Below are positions 16,631 to 26,768 of a stretch of DNA of 64,000 bases, in pieces. Below the pieces are notes generated by a model that searched no databases, was not told the origin of the DNA, and worked only from the letters and a program-made list of their open reading frames with translations. The translations under genes and the position numbers were made by a program. Each line of letters begins with the position of its first letter. The stretch's first letter is position 1. The DNA is from an uncultured Acidobacteriota bacterium (GTDB lineage: Bacteria; Acidobacteriota; Thermoanaerobaculia; Multivoradales; JAHEKO01), in NCBI GenBank assembly GCA_963713825.1, contig CAVQNG010000011.1, positions 1 to 64,000 of the forward strand. The letters are read 5' to 3'.

Positions 16631-17982
16631 GCTCGAGGCTTCGGCTCGACCTCAGCGGCCGCTTCGACCACCTCTGCCAAGCCTCCGGCGGTGAGCCTCG
16701 AAAGAGTCTCCCCTCCTCGGACGATGGTCTCTTCGCGCCGTGGCCCGGTAGAGACGATTCCAACCGGAGCGCTGAGCTGCTCCTCGATGAACGAAACGTA
16801 CTGCTGGGCGGCCTGTGGGAGATCGGAGAACTCCAGTGTCCCAACCGTGCTTTCGGTCCAACCGGAGAAACTCTCGTAGACCGGCTCGACCTTCTCGAGT
16901 AGCTCCAAGGAGGGAGGAAAGGTCTTCACGACCTCGCCGTCGATCCGGTATCCCAGGCAGACCTTGATCTCTTCGAGACCATCGAGAACGTCCAGCTTGG
17001 TCAGGGCTATGCAGTCGACGCCACTCAGCATCCTGGCATGACCGGCCGCCACCAGATCGAGCCAGCCACACCTGCGGGGCCTGCCTGTGGTGGTTCCGAA
17101 CTCGTTGCCCCGATCCCGCAGCTGTTCCCCCGTAGCATCCAGGAGCTCGGTTGCGAACGGGCCTCCTCCAACTCGCGTCGTGTAGGCCTTGAGCACGCCG
17201 ATCACGCCGTCGATCTTCGTCGGTGGCACCCCGCTACCCGTACAAGCACCCCCAGCGGTCGGGCTCGAGCTCGTAACGTAGGGGAACGTCCCATGATCTA
17301 CGTCCAGAAGCGCCCCCTGCGCACCCTCGAACAGAAGGTTCTTGCCTTCTCCGATCCAGCCGTTGAGAAGCGACTCGGTGTCGGCCATGAGAGGACGCAG
17401 CCGATCGACCCAACCCCGGCAGTGCGACACGACGTCCTGAGCTTCCGGCACCTCCCCGCCGAGCGCCAAGATCTCGCGTCCGAGGCGGTCGACCTGGGCC
17501 TCGACGCGACCTTCCCACGTCGACGTGATCAGGTCACCCATCCTGACGCCGAAACGGGTGATCTTGTTCTCGTAGGCAGGGCCGATACCGCGAGCGGTGG
17601 TGCCAATCTGAGCCTTCCCCATGGCCGCTTCGCGAGCCTGGTCCAGAATCGGATACAGGGGAAGAACCAAATGGGCCCGTTTCGAAACGAAGAAGCGACC
17701 CTCAAAGTCCACATCAGCTGCGATGAGACCATCGAGCTCGCGAAACAACGTGTCGGGGTTGATCACCATTCCGCTGCCCAGAACGCAAAGCGTCTCGGGG
17801 TGGAGTACGCCCGATGGCACCAGGTGCAAGGCAAAGTGCCGGTCCTCGAACTTGACGGTGTGACCGGCGTTGTCGCCTCCTTGATAGCGCACCACAACAT
17901 CGAATGCCGGGCAGAGAAGATCGACGATCTTTCCCTTTCCCTCGTCACCCCACTGCATACCGTTGATGATCGTGTTGGTCAT
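16627..17982 (-). CDS. purA: Adenylosuccinate synthetase
   Basis: QWGDEGKGK, GIGPAY, FEGAQG, EFGTTTGRPRRCGW, TKLDVL. Confidence 0.98.
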   Translation of the reverse strand: MTNTIINGMQWGDEGKGKIVDLLCPAFDVVVRYQGGDNAGHTVKFEDRHFALHLVPSGVLHPETLCVLGSGMVINPDTLFRELDGLIAADVDFEGRFFVSKRAHLVLPLYPILDQAREAAMGKAQIGTTARGIGPAYENKITRFGVRMGDLITSTWEGRVEAQVDRLGREILALGGEVPEAQDVVSHCRGWVDRLRPLMADTESLLNGWIGEGKNLLFEGAQGALLDVDHGTFPYVTSSSPTAGGACTGSGVPPTKIDGVIGVLKAYTTRVGGGPFATELLDATGEQLRDRGNEFGTTTGRPRRCGWLDLVAAGHARMLSGVDCIALTKLDVLDGLEEIKVCLGYRIDGEVVKTFPPSLELLEKVEPVYESFSGWTESTVGTLEFSDLPQAAQQYVSFIEEQLSAPVGIVSTGPRREETIVRGGETLSRLTAGGLAEVVEAAAEVEPKPRA

Positions 17983-18127
17983 GGTCTCGTTCCTGAGTGA
18001 AGGCTACCCGAATGCGGGCCACCGTTTCTACCGACCCCAGCCACAATTCGTCCAGAACCAGGCCGCCGGAGGCGGCACGCAACGGTCGACATCCGCTACT
18101 ATCGTCACAGTCGAAAAGGAGACTTTC

Positions 18128-18766
18128 ATGAAGAGGCTACCGTTGTCGATCCTTTGGATACTGGCCACAGTCTCTGGTGTGGCGGCAGATGGCCTCGGTG
18201 AGCTCACCAGGACGTTCGAGACCGAGGCCGGTCAGAAGGTGCGACTGCAGCTGCCTGTTGCCGATCTACGCCTCGAAGTCGCTGACGGCAACCAGGTCCA
18301 GGCTGATCTGCTGGTCAGCTGTCGTTGGCAGCAGAAGTGTGCCGATATTCTGTCCGAGATCGAGCTCGTCTCGAGCTCGACGGCCCAGCGATTCGTCGTC
18401 GAGCTCAAGGGCCTTTCGCAATGGCAATCCGCCAAGGTCGAGGTCGAAGGAACCCTGATCGTTCCGCGCTCGGCGGATCTCGAGCTCGACATCGGCGTCG
18501 GAGACGTCAAGGTTCATGGCGTGGTGAACGATCTCAGAATCGATATGGGAGTTGGCAAAGTCAAGATCTGGCAGCCTGTGGCGAGTGTCAAAGACGTCAG
18601 CCTGGAGGTCAAGGTCGGAGAGGCAACACTATTCGGGGTCGCCGAGGGCGTTTCGGATCGCCGCTCCTTCCTGGTTGGCAGCGAGGTCTTTTGGGATCAA
18701 GGGCAGGGGGAGGCCCGCATCGATGTCGATGTCGATGTCGGAGAGGTCGCACTCTGGCTCGAATAG
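18128..18766 (+). CDS. Secreted hypothetical protein (DUF4097/adhesin-like beta repeats)
   Basis: AAAGGAG RBS; signal peptide; repeated LDIGVGDV/IDMGVGKV/VKVGEA/VDVGEV. Confidence 0.7.
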   Translation: MKRLPLSILWILATVSGVAADGLGELTRTFETEAGQKVRLQLPVADLRLEVADGNQVQADLLVSCRWQQKCADILSEIELVSSSTAQRFVVELKGLSQWQSAKVEVEGTLIVPRSADLELDIGVGDVKVHGVVNDLRIDMGVGKVKIWQPVASVKDVSLEVKVGEATLFGVAEGVSDRRSFLVGSEVFWDQGQGEARIDVDVDVGEVALWLE

Positions 18767-18911
18767 CCAGAACTGCAAGCCGACTCTTTCATCAAAGCCC
18801 TGGACTGAGGCGTCCTTCTCACCGCTCCGTCGCCTGGGGATGTGACAATATGATCAGCAGGTGAATGCGGCCCTAGCGCGCTGCGCGGTTGGGGTTCGCC
18901 AACTCGGAGCC

Positions 18912-20621
18912 ATGTCCAAGCCCTCATCCCAGACCGTCGTTCCCGAACCGCCTGTGACCACGGGTGCGCCGGCGGCGTCTGCCGACAAGCAGTTCGAGCT
19001 CTACGTCGAGGTGCGGCACAAGAGCCTGGTCCGGCGGCTGTTCACCATCTATCGACATTTGCTCGGACTGACCTTTGGCGGCCTGACCGCCTACGTTCGC
19101 AGCCGACCAAGGGGACAGCGTCATGGCTTCAAGTTCTGGAGCCTGCGACTGACCTCTTTTGTGACCTACCCTTTCGTCAACAGAAAGCTCGTTCGGCTGC
19201 CGTTCCCTGTGCAGCTCAGAAAACGCCTCGAGGCTCTGGGCCCGACGTACGTCAAGCTGGGCCAGATTCTCGCGTTGCGAGAGGATGTCCTGCCGCTAGA
19301 GATCACCGACGAGCTCAAGAACCTCCTCGAGCGATTGCCCGCGCTACCGTTTCCGCGCTATGTCGAGCTCGTCTCCGAAGAGTTGGGCCGACCTGTGGAC
19401 GAACTGTTCACGTGGATCGCGCCGATCCCAATGGGCTCGGCCTCGATCGGGCAAACACACCGCGCCACCACTTTGGACGGTGACTCGGTCGTTCTCAAGT
19501 TGGTGAAGCCGGGGATTCGGGAGACCGTTCGACAGGATGTCGTACTGCTGAAAATCCTCGGCAGTTTCCTCCAGATCTTTCTGTCCCAGTATCAGCCCAA
19601 GCGCATGATTCGCGAATTCTGCGTCTACACACTCAAAGAGGTCGATCTACGGAACGAGGCAGAAAACGCAGAGACTTTCTCAGCCAACTTCAAGGATAGG
19701 CCCGACGTCGTCTTCCCGAAGATCTACCGCCAGTTCACGTCAGAGAGTCTGCTGGTTATGGAGTTCCTCCCGGGCCTTCCACCCAACAGTGCCGCCGTGC
19801 AGGCCTTGAGCCTCGAGGAGCGCGATCGGATCATCGTCATCGGCGCCTCGGCGATCATTCGCATGCTCTACCGCTTTGGTTTCTTTCACGCCGACCTGCA
19901 CCCTGGCAATCTCCTGGTTCTGCCCGGCCCCAAGGCGGGCTTCATCGATCTCGGGATGGTCGGCCGATTCGACGATGATCTGAGGCGCACTCTCCTCTAC
20001 TACTACTACTGCCTGGTCATGGGTGACGCCGCCAATGCCGCCCGGTTCCTGGCATCGATCGCCGAGGGCGGCCGCGGCAGCGACCGGAAGGGCTTTCGTC
20101 AGGATGTCGAGGAGATTTGTCGAAGATGGCAGCGGGACTCCACCTTCGAGGGCTTCTCGATCGCTCAGCTCATCATGGAGTCGGTGGGGCGAGCCGCGAA
20201 ATACAGAATGTACCTACCGGTGGAAATGGTCCTCATGGTCAAGGCCATGGTGACGTTCGAGGCGGTCGGCCATATTCTGAATCCGGGCTTCAACGTCGCC
20301 GAAGTCTCGCGGTCTCACATCAACCAGATCTTCATCAACCAGTTCAGCCCCGTGCGCATTGCCCAGGAAACCATGCGGGGCGCTCCGGACCTGGTGGACG
20401 CCCTCATCAAGGCACCGATGTTGATCACTGAAGGGTTGAAGGTCCTAGAGCAGGCCACACAACGAGAGCCGGAGAACCCGTTTGCTGGAATCCGGGGAAC
20501 GGTGCTCGCCGGCTCCTGTTTGGTGGCCGGCGCTATCGTCGCGGCTTCGAACGGACCCTGGCCGGTGTGGGCCACCTTCATTGGTGCTGGAATCATCCTT
20601 GCTCTCAGGCGCAAGGACTAG
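18912..20621 (+). CDS. AarF/ABC1/UbiB atypical kinase
   Basis: LGPTYVKLGQ, SASIGQTH, LKLVKPG, FFHADLHPGN, IDLGMVG; C-terminal TM hairpin. Confidence 0.93.
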   Translation: MSKPSSQTVVPEPPVTTGAPAASADKQFELYVEVRHKSLVRRLFTIYRHLLGLTFGGLTAYVRSRPRGQRHGFKFWSLRLTSFVTYPFVNRKLVRLPFPVQLRKRLEALGPTYVKLGQILALREDVLPLEITDELKNLLERLPALPFPRYVELVSEELGRPVDELFTWIAPIPMGSASIGQTHRATTLDGDSVVLKLVKPGIRETVRQDVVLLKILGSFLQIFLSQYQPKRMIREFCVYTLKEVDLRNEAENAETFSANFKDRPDVVFPKIYRQFTSESLLVMEFLPGLPPNSAAVQALSLEERDRIIVIGASAIIRMLYRFGFFHADLHPGNLLVLPGPKAGFIDLGMVGRFDDDLRRTLLYYYYCLVMGDAANAARFLASIAEGGRGSDRKGFRQDVEEICRRWQRDSTFEGFSIAQLIMESVGRAAKYRMYLPVEMVLMVKAMVTFEAVGHILNPGFNVAEVSRSHINQIFINQFSPVRIAQETMRGAPDLVDALIKAPMLITEGLKVLEQATQREPENPFAGIRGTVLAGSCLVAGAIVAASNGPWPVWATFIGAGIILALRRKD

Positions 20622-20628
20622 CCTGACT

Positions 20629-21858
20629 TCAAGACGCTCGCTGCTCGACTTCTTCATCCAGTCGGTCCAAGGCCCTCGCCAGGCGGTTCAGCACTCCGTG
20701 TGGACCCCGGCGGTCCTGCCACCCGACACTGTCCCATACGCTGCGTTCCTCGCCGTCGAGGAAGTCGACTCTCAGCCTCATGCCATGTCTTTCGAGGACG
20801 GGTCCGAGTTTCTCCTGTCGCTCCAGCAACTGGCGGCGCATGGCTCGATAGGCATGATCCAGGATGAGGACTCGCGACGAGAATGCAAACACATTCGTGA
20901 AGAACATCTTGTAGTCGTCGGACGGCGGCTCGAAGAGAAAGACGTCCGCATCGGGATACTTGCTCTGGTAGGTCTCGAATCCAGCACCCAAGCGCGAACG
21001 AATGACCGTGCGAAGAGCCTGGGAGAGGACGGTCGGCAAGCCACGATGGATCAGCTTGCCTCGCCTCATCACGCCCTCCTCCACCGCTTGCGCTGTATCC
21101 ACGGGCACGATCGGGTTCAGGCAGAACAGCAGCTGCGCCCCGGCATCCAGAGCTACCGAGGCGTGCATCGTCTTGAGCAGAACGCCGTCCACGTAATGGC
21201 GCCCGTCGATCTCGACAGGTGAATAGAGTCCTGGGAGGGCGGTGCTCGCCTGCACGGCGAGGGAGATCGGGATGTCATCCATCCCTGGCTCACCAAAACG
21301 AACCGCCTGCCCCGAGTCGAGATCGGCAGCCACCAAGATCAGCTTCTTGTCGAGCTGGCGAAAGTCGTTCGATCGGCCCGGTTTCTCGAGAATCTTCTCT
21401 ATGTACTCCGCGACCGGCTCGTTGTCGAAGAGCCCGACTGGCAGGGCCCTCGAAAGGTGCATCAGCGACTCGAGTACGGTCAGATCCATGGGGTTGCGAG
21501 CGTACTTCCAGAGGGATTCAACGAACAGTCTGGGTAACGAGGCTCCCCGCCGAAGCCATTCACCCATGGCAGGCGTCAGGAACGTCTCCGGCACGAAGGG
21601 GTTGTCGCCGGGTTCGTACTTGAGCACGGCCCGACACATCTGGGTCGTGGTCAGGTCGTTCGCGATGTTCGCAGCGATGAAAGCGCCTGCGCTGACTCCC
21701 ACGTAGACGCAAAGATCGTTGAGGTTCAGCCCTTCGACGCCTTCTTCGAGAGCTCGCAGGGCTCCAAGCTCATAGATCGCGCCGGTGGGACCACCACCTG
21801 CCAGGGCCAGACCGATTCCACATTCGGCCTGGCCACTCCCCTGTTTGGGCTTCGCCAT
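20629..21858 (-). CDS. Patatin-like phospholipase / possible PHA or lipid depolymerase
   Basis: LALAGGG, GVSAG nucleophile, YVDGV. Confidence 0.9.
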   Translation of the reverse strand: MAKPKQGSGQAECGIGLALAGGGPTGAIYELGALRALEEGVEGLNLNDLCVYVGVSAGAFIAANIANDLTTTQMCRAVLKYEPGDNPFVPETFLTPAMGEWLRRGASLPRLFVESLWKYARNPMDLTVLESLMHLSRALPVGLFDNEPVAEYIEKILEKPGRSNDFRQLDKKLILVAADLDSGQAVRFGEPGMDDIPISLAVQASTALPGLYSPVEIDGRHYVDGVLLKTMHASVALDAGAQLLFCLNPIVPVDTAQAVEEGVMRRGKLIHRGLPTVLSQALRTVIRSRLGAGFETYQSKYPDADVFLFEPPSDDYKMFFTNVFAFSSRVLILDHAYRAMRRQLLERQEKLGPVLERHGMRLRVDFLDGEERSVWDSVGWQDRRGPHGVLNRLARALDRLDEEVEQRAS

Positions 21859-21872
21859 CTAGGCTCGCCCTT

Positions 21873-22301
21873 CTAGTTGGCTTTCGCTGTGGTCGTCTTC
21901 TTGGCCTGGGTCTTCTTTGGAGAGGTCGCCTTTGGAGGGGTCGCCTTGAGCTGATCGACCTTCACGGTCAACTCTTCGACACTCTTCGTGAGCTTGGTGA
22001 TCTCGTTGCGACTGGGGACCCCGAGGCGCTGGATCGCGTCAGCCACCTTCTCATCGAAGGCATCGCCCAGCTTCTCGAACGAGCCCTCGGCTTTGCCGAC
22101 AACCTCTTCGACCCGAGCCTTGACCTCGTCGACTCGCTGCTTGCCTCGGACCTCGTAGGACTCGCCCTTCTTGACCAACGAGTTGAAGAGCTTCGAGCCC
22201 TCCTCTTCGGCAGTCGCCATGGCACCGATTCCCGCGAGCCAAATCTTCTGGGCCGACTGCACCACCTCATTCTGGATATCCGACTTGCTTTTCTTGGTCA
22301 T
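21873..22301 (-). CDS. Phasin family protein (PhaF/PhaI-like)
   Basis: SAQKIWLAGIGA..EEEGSKLFNSLVKKGE..RLGVPSRNEI; Lys/Ala-rich tail. Confidence 0.88.
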   Translation of the reverse strand: MTKKSKSDIQNEVVQSAQKIWLAGIGAMATAEEEGSKLFNSLVKKGESYEVRGKQRVDEVKARVEEVVGKAEGSFEKLGDAFDEKVADAIQRLGVPSRNEITKLTKSVEELTVKVDQLKATPPKATSPKKTQAKKTTTAKAN

Positions 22302-22395
22302 CTGCCAATCTCCTGTGTCTGCTGAATCACTGGGTTCTTCAAATCAGCCTGCAACCCCTCGTGCAGACCCGAAGCTCGTCTTCGGTCTCGACCTG

Positions 22396-22902
22396 CTATT
22401 TCGCCTGCTTCGCCGGGGTCGTCTTCTTCGTTGCCGCCTTCTTCGGCGGAGCCGTGTCTTGCAGAGTCTTCAGATCCGATTCTTCCACCACGCCAGAGGC
22501 TTCCAGCTCGGCCAGGGACTCCTCCAATTCTTCGAGTCGCGACCGCAGTCGAGTCATCTCTTCCCTCGCCTGTCGCACCGGGCCGAGGCGATCGATCGAG
22601 GCCTTGACCATCTTGTCCATGCTCTGCTGCACGTGCTCGACTCCACTGGTCAGGGTTCGCTCACCGAAGCGCACCAGGTCCCGCAGCACGTCGGCAGGAA
22701 TGCTGGACCTGCCGTTGCGCCCTTCCTCGAGAATGATCTGAGTCAGGGTCTGAGCCGTCACATCCTGCGAGCTTCTGTTGTCGATGATCTGCACTTCCTG
22801 GCCGTCGCGAACCCACACCGCAATCTCATCCAGCGAGACGTACCGGCTCTCCTCGGTGTCATACAGCTTGCGACTCTCATAGCGCTTGACGACTCGAATC
22901 AT
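22396..22902 (-). CDS. phaR: PHA synthesis regulator, PhaR-type DNA-binding protein
   Basis: VKRYESRKLYDTEESRYVSLDEI..DVTAQTLTQIILE (PHB_acc_N). Confidence 0.88.
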   Translation of the reverse strand: MIRVVKRYESRKLYDTEESRYVSLDEIAVWVRDGQEVQIIDNRSSQDVTAQTLTQIILEEGRNGRSSIPADVLRDLVRFGERTLTSGVEHVQQSMDKMVKASIDRLGPVRQAREEMTRLRSRLEELEESLAELEASGVVEESDLKTLQDTAPPKKAATKKTTPAKQAK

Positions 22903-22985
22903 GACTGGCTCCCGTTGGCTCGACGCACAGACCTGAGCCCGAGCTCATCGGCTCGAGGGCGAGGCCTGGGCACTCGTTCAACCGA

Positions 22986-23034
22986 TTTATACCGCACTGC
23001 GGCATTACAGTCAAGAGCATACCGCACTGCGGCA
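22986..23034 (-). promoter_or_regulatory. sigma70 promoter TTGACT-N17-TATAAA with two identical 16-bp operators (probable PhaR boxes)
   Basis: ATACCGCACTGCGGCA at 22989-23004 and 23019-23034; -35 at 23014-23009 and -10 at 22991-22986 on the minus strand. Confidence 0.8.
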
Positions 23035-23057
23035 ACCTTCGGCCCGCAAAGCTCAGT

Positions 23058-24143
23058 TCAAGACACGGCCCGGTGGGTCTCGACCGCCTCTCGAAGACGA
23101 CGCCGGAACTGTTCCGCCAGTTGATGAAGCGTTTCGATGTCGGAAGGCTCGTTCTCCAGGAGAGGCAGACCAACCAATGGGTGGTCCACTCCGACGAGCT
23201 GGCCGAGCTCTCGGAAGCCACGATCGTCACGCTCGCCGAGCCAGTGGAATAGCTCCAGGCCATCGATCTGACCGCCACCAGCAGCCGCTCGAGGCTGGTA
23301 GCCCTCGACTGCAGGATGCATCCGATTGACCACGATCGGCCCCAGGGTGTAGCCGGTGTCTCGAAGCCGCCGCGCAAAGAAGAGCGCGTCCGGAATCTTC
23401 TCTTCTCCAGGGCCAGCCACGAGCACAAAGAGCGTGCTTGGAGAACGAAGCAGTACCTCGACCTGCCTGGCCCGCTCTCGAAAGCCGTCGAACAGAGGGG
23501 CAAAGGCCTGAAAGAACTCGACCATTTCCCGCAGGAGGTCGAGGCCCACGACCTCGTCGAGGTAGCTCTCGAATCGTCGTCCCAAGCGTCCCAGCTTCGC
23601 CGTCGGCCGCAACTGGCCCTGGGCATCGAACCACGGTCGAAGCGCGAGCCGTAGAGCGCCACTGTCCAAGAAATCGACAATGCGAGTCGGCGCCTCGAGG
23701 AAGTCCAGAGCCTGTCGTGTCGGTGGAGTGTCGAGGACGATCCGTCGAAATCGACCCGACTCCGAGACCTCGAAAAGACGCTCGACCGCCATGTACTCCA
23801 GAATCCCCGCCAAGCCACCGGCCAGGTGGTTGTAGTAGCGGTTGTGAAGGATCCGGTCCCTAGCCCGGTCGTCGGGTGAGTAGCGAGCCACGAGCCGATC
23901 GAAGGTCTGCTTGGCGTCCAACAGGCTGGCCCAGAGATGGCTCGTGACCTCCACCTCCTCGCCCTTCGCCTCGTCTCCAACTCCAAGGGCATCCTTGAGT
24001 CGCAGGGATGGGTCGAAGGTCATCACCAACGTCTCTTCCTCCTGCTCTGCCGAGAGCAGGCCCAGCGACGCCGCCAAGGTCGTCTTGCCCACCCCTCCCG
24101 CACCGACGACGATGATCAACGGCGGCCACGATGTTTCGATCAT
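23058..24143 (-). CDS. ArsA/GET3-like ATPase, subunit B (Rv3680/BagB-like)
   Basis: GAGGVGKTT, TFDPSLRLKDALG, EYMAVERL, DTPPTRQALDFLEAP; ATGA overlap with upstream paralog. Confidence 0.88.
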   Translation of the reverse strand: MIETSWPPLIIVVGAGGVGKTTLAASLGLLSAEQEEETLVMTFDPSLRLKDALGVGDEAKGEEVEVTSHLWASLLDAKQTFDRLVARYSPDDRARDRILHNRYYNHLAGGLAGILEYMAVERLFEVSESGRFRRIVLDTPPTRQALDFLEAPTRIVDFLDSGALRLALRPWFDAQGQLRPTAKLGRLGRRFESYLDEVVGLDLLREMVEFFQAFAPLFDGFRERARQVEVLLRSPSTLFVLVAGPGEEKIPDALFFARRLRDTGYTLGPIVVNRMHPAVEGYQPRAAAGGGQIDGLELFHWLGERDDRGFRELGQLVGVDHPLVGLPLLENEPSDIETLHQLAEQFRRRLREAVETHRAVS

Positions 24144-25030
24144 CGCGACAGTTCCCTTTCGATCTCCGACACAAGCGCAGGGCCACGGTCCAACGGAAAC
24201 AAGGGTACCTCCACTCGTGGCCCTGACCAGTGCCTCTTCAGCCGCTCGAGCTCGGTATCGTTGAGTCTTCTTCGCCGATACCAAAGACGGCGCGCACCCT
24301 CGTCGTCGTGGCTCTCCCCTGCTCCAACCGGAACTGGCGGATAGAGGCCATTGGCAACCAAGAGATCGGGCTCCCGCTGGACGGCGCTGTGCAGATCGGC
24401 GCGTAGTTCGAGCGCTTCGGTTACCGGCATTTCCTCAGCCAGGGTTACCACGACCACGCCGCAGCGTCGAGGATCGGCAACGAGCTCAGCGACTTCCTTC
24501 GTCATGCTGGCGACGGGACCTTGTCGAATGACTTCGGAGACCAGGCGTGGGGCCCTGAGCAAAGCGACACCATGCCCGGTAGCCGGCGCATCCACAATAA
24601 CGACGTCGATTGGCGGAGCGTCCGGCACCTTGCCCTGGACCAGCAAGAGCGAGTGCCCAAGAACAGCCAGTTCCTTGAGCCCGGGCGCTCCCTCTGAGAA
24701 GTGGTGATAAACCGGGCTGTCCAGCACCCGCTTCGTCAGGAAATCGACTCTCACCCGCTCTCGAACGAGCTGATCGACGACTGTGCGAGGCTGCAGGTGC
24801 TGCAGATAGAGATTCGCTTCCACTCGGACGATCTCACCACCCGATGGAGGCGCCGCCAGCATCTGATGGACGTTTTCACGGGGGTCGATTTCCAGAATCA
24901 GGGTCTGCCGCCCGACCGAGGCCAGATGCCGACCGAGAGCAGCGGATACGGCGCTCTTGCCCACACCACCTTTGCCGGTGACGACGATCAGTTCGCGCGA
25001 CGCCAGCGGAGAGAGAATCGAATCCATCAT
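24140..25030 (-). CDS. ArsA/GET3-like ATPase, subunit A (Rv3679/BagA-like)
   Basis: TGKGGVGKS, APGLKEL, DAPATGH, LAEEMPVTE. Confidence 0.88.
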   Translation of the reverse strand: MMDSILSPLASRELIVVTGKGGVGKSAVSAALGRHLASVGRQTLILEIDPRENVHQMLAAPPSGGEIVRVEANLYLQHLQPRTVVDQLVRERVRVDFLTKRVLDSPVYHHFSEGAPGLKELAVLGHSLLLVQGKVPDAPPIDVVIVDAPATGHGVALLRAPRLVSEVIRQGPVASMTKEVAELVADPRRCGVVVVTLAEEMPVTEALELRADLHSAVQREPDLLVANGLYPPVPVGAGESHDDEGARRLWYRRRRLNDTELERLKRHWSGPRVEVPLFPLDRGPALVSEIERELSR

Positions 25031-25172
25031 CGAGGCACAGGTTAATTCGGAATCGGCAGTTCCCGGTCAGATCTTCTCTGATTTTCTGGTTGAGCGCTCC
25101 GAGTGGGTCAGTATAATAGAGTCCGGTCGGGCCGATGATGGCTTCGTCCTGAGCTAGAGGAGGATTCAATCG

Positions 25173-25424
25173 ATGACCCACATCATCGCGGAGCCTTGTG
25201 TCGGAACGAAGGACACCGCCTGCGTGGATGTCTGCCCTGTTGATTGCATCTACGACAAAGATGAATGGGAGGCACTCTTTATTCATCCCGAGGAGTGCAT
25301 CGATTGTGGGCTGTGCATCGATGCCTGTCCCGTTCAGGCCATCTTCCCGCTGGAAGAGGTTCCGGAGAAATGGACGGGATGGATTGCCAAGAACTACGAG
25401 GCCTTCGATCTAGAAGCACCCTGA
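25173..25424 (+). CDS. Dicluster (7Fe-type) ferredoxin
   Basis: CVGTKDTACVDVCPVDCI and CIDCGLCIDACP. Confidence 0.95.
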   Translation: MTHIIAEPCVGTKDTACVDVCPVDCIYDKDEWEALFIHPEECIDCGLCIDACPVQAIFPLEEVPEKWTGWIAKNYEAFDLEAP

Positions 25425-25454
25425 TTTCTCAGGGAAGTAAGACAACGATCACTC

Positions 25455-25491
25455 GAAAAGGGGACGCGTGCAACACGCGTCCCCTTTTCTT
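25455..25491 (+). terminator. Intrinsic terminator after ferredoxin
   Basis: AAAAGGGGACGCGT-GCAAC-ACGCGTCCCCTTTT. Confidence 0.85.
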
Positions 25492-25601
25492 GTGCCCTCG
25501 AACCACCCACCGGCGCCACCCGGTATTTCCAGGGTGCCACCCGTTTTTCAGGAGTCTTTCAAGATCCTGGAATGAAACCGTCGTTTTGGTGGTTTACTAG
25601 A

Positions 25602-25622
25602 TATGAGGATTAGCCACTAAGA
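25602..25622. promoter_or_regulatory. HAIR-like box upstream of DnaJ gene
   Basis: TATGAGG-N7-ACTAAGA resembles CTTGAGT-N7-ACTCAAG. Confidence 0.4.
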
Positions 25623-25717
25623 TATTCAGGTTCAACCTCGCAAAAAACGCTAGGATCTGCTTGCAGGACATCAAGAATCAGCGTTTTCGCCAGACCGAGA
25701 ACGCTTAAGGAGACATC

Positions 25718-26686
25718 TTGGACTACAAGGACTACTACGCCACTCTCGGGGTGGCCAAAGACGCCTCTCAGGGCGACATTCAGAAGGCTTACCGCAAACT
25801 GGCGCGAAAGTTCCATCCTGACGTCAACAAGGCGCCGGAAGCCGAGACCAAGTTCAAGGAGATCAACGAGGCGCATGAAGTCCTGAAGGACGAAGAGAAG
25901 AGGGGCAAGTACGACCAGTTCGGCTCGAACTGGAAGCAGGCCCAGCAGACCGGCTCTCCCCCACCAGGGTTCGAGGACATGTATACCGTGTTCACGTCCG
26001 GCGGCGGCGGAGGTGGGCGAGGCTTCGACTATGGAGGTGAGGGATTCAGCTCCTTTTTCGACATGCTCTTTGGAGGTGGTTTTGGGGGACCGGGTCAGGG
26101 CGGTCATCGAGCCACCTGGTCGACGGGCCCGGCCGGCCCAACCCGCCAGGCCGGAGCCGATCATGAAGCCAGCATCTCGTTGACTCTCGCGGAAGCTGCC
26201 AGCGGCGGCGAAAGAGAGCTCACTCTTACCGATCCGACCACCGGCCGACACAAGACCCTACGTGTCAAGATCCCGAAGGGCATTCGAGCAGGACAGAAGA
26301 TCAGGCTACCCGGCCAGGGCGGCGCCGGCATGGGCGACAGCTCTCGTGGTCATCTGTTCTTGAACGTCGATGTCCTAACCGACAGCCGATACCGTCTCGA
26401 GGGAAACGATCTGCACGCCGACTTGCCAGTGACCCCATGGGAGGCCGCGCTGGGTGGCCAGGCGAAGGTTCGGACTCTCGAAGGCGACGTCACCGTAAAG
26501 ATCCCCGCCGGGTCATCCTGTGGCAGAAAAATCCGTCTCAAAGAAAAGGGCTTTCCCGCGGCGAAAGGACCTGCCGGCGATCTGTACGCAAAGATCCGCA
26601 TTGTCGTTCCCAAGGAACTGACGAAAGAGGAAGAGGATCTCTTCCAGCAATTGTCCGAGACATCCGAGTTCAAGGCCAGGACTTGA
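25718..26686 (+). CDS. cbpA: DnaJ class B chaperone (CbpA-like, no zinc finger)
   Basis: J domain with HPD, G/F region, C-terminal domain PWEAALG; no CxxCxGxG repeats. Confidence 0.9.
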   Translation: MDYKDYYATLGVAKDASQGDIQKAYRKLARKFHPDVNKAPEAETKFKEINEAHEVLKDEEKRGKYDQFGSNWKQAQQTGSPPPGFEDMYTVFTSGGGGGGRGFDYGGEGFSSFFDMLFGGGFGGPGQGGHRATWSTGPAGPTRQAGADHEASISLTLAEAASGGERELTLTDPTTGRHKTLRVKIPKGIRAGQKIRLPGQGGAGMGDSSRGHLFLNVDVLTDSRYRLEGNDLHADLPVTPWEAALGGQAKVRTLEGDVTVKIPAGSSCGRKIRLKEKGFPAAKGPAGDLYAKIRIVVPKELTKEEEDLFQQLSETSEFKART

Positions 26687-26768
26687 GCTCCCCTTCAGGG
26701 CTATTCCGAGCAGACACACCCCTCGGGGCTTGCCTCGAGGGGACAGAAGATGTGAATTCGAACACTTT

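Noticed and set aside
23058-25030. Arsenic resistance operon
   Set aside because: No arsB/acr3/arsC/arsR/arsD; motifs fit the Get3-like BagA/B type.
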